Below are positions 10,448 to 19,784 of a DNA stretch of 39,935 bases, piece by piece. The notes under the pieces are model-generated. The model ran no database searches. It was not told the DNA's origin and worked only from the letters and a program-made list of their open reading frames with translations. Origin of the DNA: Octopus sinensis (lineage: Eukaryota); contig NW_021835448.1 in the NCBI RefSeq assembly GCF_006345805.1, forward strand, positions 1 to 39,935, in the 5' to 3' direction. Made by a program: the position numbers and the translations under genes. Position 1 is the first letter of the stretch. Each line of letters begins with the position of its first letter.

Positions 10448-11051
10448 ACAAATAATAACAATAATACTTTCAAAATTAAGCCCATGGCAAGAAATTTTGA
10501 GGAAGAAGTTTGAACTAAATCAGTTAATCCGTTTACCTAACCTTTTCTTTTTTTCGATTGAAAACGAAGACGATCTCAACAGGATTTGAAATCAGAATGT
10601 AAAGATCTGAACTGGAACTACAGATTCTGTTCGATGTTCCAACGAGCCTCCCGATCAACCACTGTAATAATAACAGTTCCTTATTCAGCAATACGGTCAA
10701 AGATTTGAAGGCGGCAAAGGGTGTGTAAGTGGCACGCAATTGGTTCTTTATCGACCCTGGAGGATTGAAAGTCAAAGATGACTTCAGCGGGAATAGAACC
10801 CAGGACGTAATCTACTAAAATTAAATACCGGAAAGTATTTTATTTGACCCACAAAAGATTCTACCAAACCACCACAGTTATAACAAAAGCAAACCAATCT
10901 AACACCGATGGTCCTAAAATGTTCCTTTCATCAGCAGCCCTCGTCCTTTGTTCTTTATCACGTGACTTATCTACGTCATCGGTTGATGAAATGTCTGCTT
11001 TTCATATCCAACCAGCAATCTTGGTAAGCTCACCTGATCAATCTATATAAC

Positions 11052-11473
11052 TTCTTTTATTCTTTTATTTGTTTCAGCTCTTTGACTGCGCCCATGCTGG
11101 AGCACCACCTTTAAGGGTTTTAGTCAAGCAAATCAAACCCAGGGCTTATTCTTTTTAAAAGCCTAGTACTAATTCTATCGGTCTTTCTGCCGAACTGCTA
11201 CGTTATGAAGACGCAAACACACGAATAATGGTTGTGAATCTGTGACGCGGTGGGGGAGATGGACAAACGCAGACACAATGACACACACACACACACACAT
11301 ACGTACATATACGACGGACTTCTTTTAGTTTCCGTCTACCAAATCCACTTACAAGGCTTTGGGTCTGCCCGAGGCTATAGTAGAAGACACTTGCCCAAGG
11401 TGCCACGCAGGGGGACTGAACCCGGAATCATGTGGTTGGTAAGCGAGCGTTTTACCATACACATACGACTGCA

Positions 11474-11478
<5 letters not shown>
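11052..11478 (-). mobile_element. tRNA-derived SINE with CORE-like segment and internal (CA)n
   Basis: The minus strand reads ggtgcagtcgtatgtgtatggtaaaacg...GGGTTCAGTCCC (B box)...ACCTTGGGCAAGTGTCTT, a CORE-like segment. Confidence 0.85.
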
Positions 11479-11527
<49 letters not shown>

Positions 11528-11536
11528 CATACATAT

Positions 11537-11790
11537 GTATGTAACATCTTTATGTATTTTTATTTCTATATTCATTCTCCTATGTCCCTATATACTCCTT
11601 ATTTGCTTCCCTTTCCAAAATAACTCCTCATATTGAACTCTAATACTTCCCTCTATTTAACCATCGCACTTTGTCTCTGATGAAGGGATATCCCTCATAT
11701 CCCAGAAACAGCTGTAAGACTAACTTTCTTTTTATAGATGTCCTGGAAATTCCTCACAGCCTTGGGTTTGTTGTTTCATTTCATTTAACA
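11537..11790 (+). mobile_element. About 250-bp hammerhead-bearing non-autonomous repeat (family B, copy 1)
   Basis: Homologous over its full length to 19222-19472. Flanked by (TA)n and (CATA)/(TATG)n. Confidence 0.75.
11673..11720 (+). ncRNA. Minimal type I hammerhead ribozyme (family B, copy 1)
   Basis: Stem I is GTCT/AGAC and the core CTGATGA is at 11677-11683. Stem II is GGGATAT-ccctc-ATATCCC, followed by GAAAC and a palindromic stem III ACAGCTGT. Cleavage is predicted after GTA 11716. Confidence 0.88.
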
Positions 11791-11804
11791 TATACATACA
11801 TACG

Positions 11805-11964
11805 TATGTATGTATGTATGTATGTATGTATGTATGTATGTATGTATGTATGTATGTATGTATGTATGTATGTATGTATGTATGTATGTATGTATGTATG
11901 TATGTATGTATGTATGTATGTATGTATGTACGTACGTACGTATGTATGTATGTATGTATGTATG
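11805..11964. repeat. (TATG)n tetranucleotide microsatellite
   Basis: Seen directly. It explains the MYVC-repeat ORFs. Confidence 0.97.
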
Positions 11965-14900
11965 TAAGTATGTATGCGTGTGTGTGTTTGTGTATGAATA
12001 ATTCTTTTAATAGAATAGTGCTGGTAGTGACTTCGAAGTTTCGGTCTGCTTAGCTTTCATCGAACCGATGAAGCGACTGTGAACGTTAATCTTGTAAAAT
12101 GACCATTCCTAAATACAACAATAATAATAAATACATACTCTACAAATAATATTGAGAAATCCGTTAGTTTAATATGAAATTGTTTTATAACTATATAACA
12201 TACAGTTATATATAGGTAGAGATAGATAGCCAGCTAGCTAGATAGATACATAAATAGATAGATTGATACTCATACATACGCACGCACATTTTGTAATGTT
12301 AAAATGAGATAAGTATAGTCAAGACATTGCATCACAACTTTATAAAATTGCAGAGAAAGCCATTGTCCACTAGATTTTCTCGGTCACCAGTCTCCTATTC
12401 TCCGTATGTAACCGAATTATACAATAACCAGTTGCATTTAGAATGTTATGTAATATTTACTCTTTGCAAATCCCATACTGTTTAATGTATGGACTCCATC
12501 TATGTTTTGTCTTTTGTCTCAATTTATTTCTGGTATTTATTGGTTTGGCGTCGTCTTCGACGACAATAGGTATGAAAATAATGTTTTGTTAGGTGGGAAA
12601 GCAACTTATATGGGAAGGAAACAAACTTAAATAGAACCTGGTAAGTTGTTCTGAATTTGAAATTCGGTCATGCTGCTGATCAAGTTTTCAGAAATTAGTT
12701 CCTCCTTCAAATTCGATAAAATGAATATAGATTTTCAGAATTTTTACTCGAAGTCTAAACTACACACTCACAAGCACATACATACGTGCAGATACAAATG
12801 CACAGATAAACACACGCGGATACACACGTACATACATCTACACAAATATCTCGTCTCACATCTTCAAAAATGTAAAACACTGATTCGCCTATTAAATTCC
12901 GTGAGATTAAATGTTGAATGAAGTTATTGTATACGAATGTATAATTAGGTGTTTATATACATGCAAATGTATGTATGTATACATGTGTGCACGTATGCCT
13001 GTATGCATGCATGTGTGGAAGTATATATGCAGACATGTATATATATATATATGCATATTGTATTGTGTTCTATGCACATGAGTGTATGTGTATCTTTCTG
13101 TGGAAAGTTGCAATTTCTTGAGAAGTTAGTTTTGAGTTTCACGATACCGATTATTCATACAAATGAAGTAGAAAAGCAGACCTGCAACATATAAGGAAAA
13201 AGATAGCGAAAAAATATCGACAAACAATTAATTAAAAGTATACTGGCATTTAATTGATTACCGGAAAAAAAAACTCTTTGAAGATGAGTTACACATTCAT
13301 TTCTTAAATAGCCAATCGCAGAACATAGGATGTTTTATCTATTCAGATGGAAAAAAAAACGATTAAAAACCAAAGATGATGTTTTTATGCCGTTCAGTAT
13401 CATATGTATGAAGTTCAGGCAAAGAAGGAGGCTGAGACTAATGTTGATAAAGTTTTAGTCATAATGTATAAATGAATGTTTACTTTTATATGACTATCTT
13501 TTATGTTGTGACAGATCCATTGTGTAGTAAGTAAATTACTGTCGGCGGTTTGTTACATCGTGACTCTATCAACCGGTCCCATTAAATAGCTTATATTCCG
13601 TGAGTCTTAGCGCATACGCCTAAACTCTGGCAATGTACCTTTCACTTTGCGTCTTGAAGAAATGTTTCAATGGCATTTAACTCATTTAAGCTGCCCATTT
13701 TTGTTGTCCAATCAATGGAAGAGACCATTTATATACGTCCAGGGAAACTGAGCATTGGCGTTCTTTGAAGTTTCCTGTGGTATTACATAGAGTTTGCAGA
13801 ACCCTACGGCAAGTTGGAATTTTGATAGCAAAAATTTATGAACTTCTGGTGTGGTTGTCATTAGGGGGAAATTGTCCATTATATTGTGCTAAGGACTTTA
13901 ATGATTCATCAGTTTATTAATCATAGAACAATAACTATGAAAGATTATTTCTGCGTGATTTGAACTCAGAAGCCAGTGTGTATCGCTAAAGACTCTACTG
14001 GTTCCGTCATTTACCACCCTTTTAACATAATATTTTCTTTTTTACATTTTCATATATTTTATTAGAAACAATAATTTTATAATTTCTATATTAATGAGTT
14101 TCCGAGCTTTTAACTCTTTTCTTCCTTTGTTTTGGCTTATTGAATTTCATGCCATTTTTGTTTTCCATTAAATTTCGTTCTATTTGAATGACGTAATCAG
14201 GAAAATAAATATTTTATTTGAAAAAATATTTGACTTAAAAAGATATTTAACGTTAGAAAGATATATAACTTAAATAAAATGGCCCACCTCTCTCCGTCTT
14301 CGACATGCACACCCACACTGAAAGATTCTTAAAAGCTAGTCCTACCACACATTACCCATTCAGCTGATCTGAATGGCGAGATAGTAGAAACCAAAAGTGA
14401 TTTGAAGCAAAAATACAAAAATCAAAACAAAAGAACATGCTTATTCAGTAGCATTACTTGACTTGTAATTCTGCATTCATATTTAAATATCTGCTATCTT
14501 TTAGTAATTATCAGAGGCTTTCCACATAATCAGTTTATAACAGTGTCTGCTTTATTATCAATACGAATAAGTCCTTTGCTATTTGTTAACCATTTAAATG
14601 TTCACACGAATTTTTGCAAATAAAATCATTCCGAAATTCTTTATTGAATAATTAAAGATGTTTTATGTAGGAATAGGTTTCTTGTTCCTTTCATTTCTTT
14701 TCACGCCTTAATTAATTAAATATTCATGACGTAACAGCGAGGGAGACACTACCAGTCGATAAAGAAATCATCTAATCGGTCTACCATTCGGCTAGACATA
14801 ACAGCCAAAAAGTACCCATCGGTTATATCAATGTCTAAAGGAAAAATAGGGCAATGGAAATGTAAATATTTTGTCATAGGTCTGCAGGGTCTGAGGAAAA

Positions 14901-14999
14901 CTGAGATTAAACACTACTGCTACTACTACTACAAACACCACCACCACCACTACTACCACCAGTGTTACTAATGCTGCTGTTGCAAGTATTGATAATAAT

Positions 15000-15410
15000 T
15001 GTTTCTAATTTATTTACAAGGTCTCGTATGCTCAACTTTATTTTATCGATCCCGAAAGGGTGAAGTGCAAGGTCAACTTCAGTGGTATTTGAACTCAGAA
15101 CGAAAAGAGCCTGAGGAAATGCCGCTGAACATTTTGTTCGATGCTCTTTCAAAGTTTTGCACAAGGCCAGCAATTTTAAGGGGACGTATGAGTCTAATAC
15201 ATTGATTCCAGTACTTGATTGTTGTTTGTTTTATCAACCTCGAAATGATGAAAGACAAAAAAATAGAGTGGGGGGATTTAGGCACAAAGGCAACAATTTA
15301 GAGAGGAAGGGGAGTGGTCAATGCCATTGACCCAAATACTCAATTGATATTTTATTTTATCGATCCCAGATAGATGAAAAGCAAAGTTGAACTCAACGGA
15401 ATTTGTGAGG
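15000..15410 (-). mobile_element. Cluster of about 3 partial Nin/Deu-core-like SINE copies
   Basis: Repeated ttttatcgatccc..gatgaa..caa.gt..ac..gga.tttgaactcagaa motifs. Confidence 0.7.
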
Positions 15411-15932
15411 GGTTCTTCGTAAAAGTCAGGCATTGGGATTTTGAGGTAAAGATAAGTCCAGAGCAATGGATTCATTAGAGTGGGATTGGCAGATGAGATT
15501 CCATGGAACGTTTCCTCCGGCGCGTTGCAGTTTGAGTGAAATTTCTCGACGTTACTGCAGAAGCCACCCATTATGATAATACCTGCTTCAAAGCATTGGC
15601 AGCGAGTCTAATGTTAATTAAGAAAGAAACCGATCATGAAACACCAGTAAACACAAATAAACACACACCGAAGTTACTAAGGTGATGTGAATTTATAAGA
15701 GTCCACTGCATCCAGTTGGTCAGTGGCATAAGGTGGAATCTGGTCACTCTGAGTGATTGTCATTTTGGCAGCTACCTTCCTGACATAACATACTTGTGAT
15801 TACAACAGACATGTATCTAAAATGGTTGCCTTGTGTAGTAGCTGAATGCTCGTACATGTTGCCTTGTGTAGTAGCCATATTCCTTGAATATAGGATACCT
15901 TCATCTACAACAAGCATCCACTACAAAGTCCT

Positions 15933-16248
15933 GCCCTTGTTGCGGTTTGACAGCCTTTGTGCCTCAGTAATCAGGAGAGCTATAGCAATGAAGGTCAAAC
16001 TCCTTGTAGGGCCTTTCATGTTGGACAGGTCAAAGCTGAGAGGCCAGGCTGTTACGGACAACCTCTTCTCGGAGATAAAAATGAGTTTATGTAGGGGCCA
16101 ACACCCCTACTTAAATGAAAGCAAAGTTAGAGAAACATCAATGACGATTCAATACTAACAACACCTGGTAGAAGACAGCCCTGAGTCGAGAATAGCAGAA
16201 AAAATCGTCGATGGCCAATGCTCCATAAGGAACGAAGGGTTTAGGTAA
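15933..16248 (+). mobile_element. Bipartite RTE-derived non-autonomous element (5'UTR-like segment plus 3' end)
   Basis: The 5' part (gcccttgttgcgg...gagagcta...ggacaggtc..agaggccag) resembles RTE 5'UTRs. The 3' part encodes KIVDGQCSIRNEGFR*, like RTE C-termini. There is no RT between them. Confidence 0.55.
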
Positions 16249-16973
16249 CTACAGCGACATGCATATATTAAATGACTGACCTGTAACAGAAATCTCTCCT
16301 TCTTGAAACATAGCAAACCATAGACTGCAGTAAACACGCGCACATAAGGCCGCCGCCTTATATGGTTTGCATAACTCACACCGCAAGCTATACCATAGTG
16401 GAAGATGCGTCAGGGTTTCTATTTTCGCTGAAGTATGTTTTCCCACTTTCAACTTTACAAGAAATCTTGTGAACTAATGGTGTATCATTCTTCATGCATT
16501 TCTTTTTCGAGTAATTCTGGAATGAAACGTCGAAAATATCTCTTGTGTTTTGTTTTTCTTTCTTATTTTTTCTTCTAAGTTGTGCTTTAAAGAACCAACT
16601 AAGGCAATGGTTTTAAAGATTTAACTCCATATCTTGTCATTCAGTTTGAAAAATCTACTTAATGCAACAAGCCCTCTAACATTCTCTCTTATCTGTCGCT
16701 CTAGTAACTTTCAACACATAACAGACTTTGCAACACTCCGCTAATGAAGACAACAACATTATTTAAATTAGCGTCTGTTTAAAAGTTTTGTTTCTGAAAA
16801 GTGTTATCATTGTAAATTTAAATATATTTATGAGATTAAAAAACATTGTATTTCTCTAATTTTTACAGATTTAGAAATGTTTTACCTCAATTAGTTGGGA
16901 TTTAAAAAAAAAATTAATTCTGTATAATTATAATTTAATGGATCGCTTATCAACGTACTCCATTGTATCTTAC

Positions 16974-17051
16974 CTGCAATTTGTACGAATTTTTTTATGG
17001 ACGAAGTAGATTTTACAGTCATTTTAAGGATTATCCAATTATTCTGCAATT
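16974..17051 (-). CDS. Candidate 78-nt symmetric (phase 1-1) exon: (E)LQNNWIILKMTVKSTSSIKKFVQIA(x)
   Basis: Acceptor gtcctttaactatttctatAG and a strong donor CAG|GTAAGA. Only one frame is open. No homology recognised. Confidence 0.25.
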
Positions 17052-17739
17052 CTATAGAAATAGTTAAAGGACTCAACTCTATACGGCAGTGGTGGATCCC
17101 CGTTGTCTGACGGCGTGGATTCATTTGTACGCTCATCTGTATTACTTGCTTCTCATTTAATGGGGTAGTGGCCAAGTAGCAGAACATTCTGTAGCTACGT
17201 GTTACTCTTAAAGTAATTCTCAGGGAGGATCAATGTGACATGATGTGCGTGACATGATGTGTTTTACACGCTTTTTGTGACAAGGCCATACATTTAATCA
17301 CGGGTAGAATTCACCCGGCGGACTTTTACGCAATTTCCATCTCCCCAATTTCATGGGTTGCCGTAGAGATGCCGAAAATGACATTTTCCCATGGAAATAG
17401 AAGCCACAGAGTAGAGTCGAACGTGAACCCTCATGGTTGTAAAACGAATGTCTTAACTATTCAGCCATACTGTGCCAACACAACTGAATTATCAACATAG
17501 CAAAACGATAGTTCGACTTTTTAGTGTTGCTTTGCACATATGGCATTACAAACCCCACCAAAAAAAAAACATTGTGATGGTCACAAATGGAGAGGCTTCG
17601 ATCGTGAATACGTTGGATCAAAGCTGGGCTGATGATCGGAAACAACAGCAACATGTTTATAGGTAAAAAGGTTGAGAATCAGTAAAGAAGAGAATATTCT
17701 TTAATTCTCAGGCTTTGATTTTTGTCTTGCAATGTGTTG

Positions 17740-18110
17740 AGAGAGAGAGAGGGGGTTGAGAGAGGAGGAATTGAAAAGAAAGCAGAGAGGAACTGAGGCA
17801 GATAGACAGGTTGATAGAGAGAGAGAGAGAGATAGGGAGAGGAGTAGAGAGATTAATAGAAAGAGAGACAGACAGACTGAGAAAGGGTTGGAGATGGAGA
17901 GGAAAGGATAGATAAATAGATAGATAGAGTCAGAGAGAGTTAGAGTGGGGAGACGTAGTAAGTAGAAGTGATAGATAAATATGTAGAGAAAGAGAGAGGG
18001 GATGGCCAAGTAGTAGAGCTAGAGAGAAAAGCGCCTGGAGGTAAGCCGGAGATAGATAGATAGATAGATAGATAGGGTGGCAGAGAGTGAGAGAATGGGA
18101 AAGTGAGAAG
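17740..18110. repeat. Purine-rich (GA)n/(GATA)n low-complexity tract
   Basis: Seen directly. Confidence 0.85.
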
Positions 18111-19221
18111 AAGCTCAATTGAATACGTTCAGAGCAAGGGTAACAAATACGGAGTTTAGTTCGCAGCACTACAGCTACCTTTGATTAAACAGTGGCAGCT
18201 GCTGCTACTACTACTGCTACAACTACTACAACTACTTATCGGCTGCAACAACATTTTTCTATGTAGAAATACGTGCTGCTGTAAAACAAGAAAGCGTTAC
18301 AATAATCATGATGGCGGCGGTGGTGGTTGCGATGGTGGTGGTGGTGGTGGAGTTGGTGGTGGTAGTGGCGGTGGTGGTGGTGATGATGATGAAGATGATG
18401 GTGATGTCGTTAGTATAGAACGTTTTCCGCCGAAACATCTGACAGATCAAAAGAAATTCTTCCTTTGCTAATTGTGAGGCCCTCTTCATCATTGTGATCT
18501 TTTGGCTTTGTGCGCTTGTTAAAAATAGATAATGGTGTTATCATTTCTTTTTTTATATTATTATTCTGTTACAGAGTGTGTTAGAGCAAAGGAGATAGAT
18601 TTGAAAGATAACATCTTGTCTTTTATGCATGATGTTGGCGTCTATCATGTGTGCAAGACAATACCTCATCTGGCAGATGACAATGTACATTGTCTCAGCG
18701 ATGTTAACAATCGCAATGCAATCTCTTACCCACCGCTTTTTGTCTTTATATATTCTTAATAATAACGACGCTGACGCTGATGATGATGATGATGATGACA
18801 ACGACGATGATGATGATAATTTGAGAATTTATCATCTCTGAAATATAATTTGCAAATATGCTTGCGTACATATACACCAACATAAAATACACACGCACGC
18901 ACACTCTCATAATGATGGACTCTGCCGCCGGAGACGATGTACGAGCATTCAGCTTTATCGAACGACCTGCACAAATGATTTGTTTCTAGCGATCAAATGT
19001 ATGTGCCGCACATTAGCTCACTCCTTCCATCAAATCGACGTTGTCTGAACAGGCGAATGGTGTGCCACGTGTCAGGGGTCGAAGTGAATGCTTAAGAACA
19101 GAACATTTAAATTCGTTTTCAACGGTGAAACTGGAATGGAGATGAAGTTATAAACAATAACGTGTAAATAAAGTTTTATGACTTAAGCAATATATAGAAA
19201 TATATTTTCTTCATATTCATA

Positions 19222-19471
19222 TATAACATTTTTATACATTTCTACTTTTATTTTCTACATTCATTCTCCTGTTTCCTTTTATACTCCTTATTTACTTCCC
19301 ATTCCAGAATAACTCTTCATATTGAACTCTACTATTCCCTTCTATTTAAACATCACACATCGTTTCTGATGAAGGGATATCCCTAATATCCCAGAAACAG
19401 CTGTAAGACTAAATTTCTCTTTATAAATGTCTTGAAAATTCCACACAGCCTTGGGTTTGTTTTCTTATTTA

Positions 19472-19472
<1 letters not shown>
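19222..19472 (+). mobile_element. About 250-bp hammerhead-bearing non-autonomous repeat (family B, copy 2)
   Basis: Homologous to 11537-11790 and followed by (TA)n. Confidence 0.75.
19362..19409 (+). ncRNA. Minimal type I hammerhead ribozyme (family B, copy 2)
   Basis: Stem I is GTTT/AGAC (one G-U pair) and the core CTGATGA is at 19366-19372. Then GGGATAT-cccta-ATATCCC, GAAAC, ACAGCTGT, and GTA at 19403-19405. Confidence 0.85.
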
Positions 19473-19518
<46 letters not shown>

Positions 19519-19717
19519 TGATATATTCACACATGCATATACAGTGTGCGCGCGCGTGTGCATGCATGGTTCATTATTATAAGGTTGTGCATTCACTTCT
19601 GGACCGGTTGACTCGTTGCATCTAAGAAGGACTCTTTATTTCTGTTTCTCTAGTTTACTCAGATGAAAATGAGTACAAACTGAGTACTGTTCTATGTTTA
19701 AGAGATGAGGAATTATG

Positions 19718-19784
19718 TACATTATTTACATTTGACGGATATTTGTCCTCAGTGGACAAATATCCGTCAAATGTAAATAATGTA
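19718..19784. repeat. Perfect 31-bp inverted repeat with 5-nt loop
   Basis: TACATTATTTACATTTGACGGATATTTGTCC-tcagt-GGACAAATATCCGTCAAATGTAAATAATGTA. Confidence 0.95.

Noticed and set aside
11671-12053. MYVC-repeat ORFs (also 24659-24952 and 35303-35527)
   Set aside because: They are (TATG)n microsatellite read-throughs.
13600-13800. GC-balanced stretch with several 25-46 codon frames on both strands
   Set aside because: No frame has convincing paired splice sites or a recognisable motif.
15825-15875. 18-bp direct repeat GTTGCCTTGTGTAGTAGC x2 with a 15-bp spacer, superficially CRISPR-like
   Set aside because: There are only two units, the spacer is too short, the context is eukaryotic and no cas genes are present. 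It is a local duplication.
16470-16520. ttttcg...GAAACGTC-gaaaa, the right half of a hammerhead
   Set aside because: The CUGANGA half is absent, so it is too decayed to call.
17625-17650. CTGATGA-TCG-GAAAC hammerhead-like string
   Set aside because: There is no stem II, no stem III and no NUH site.
18181-18471. ORF with poly-Leu and poly-Gly/Asp runs resembling a signal peptide protein
   Set aside because: It is built from (CTA)n and (GGT)n/(GAT)n microsatellites, has a TTG start and has no supporting splice context.
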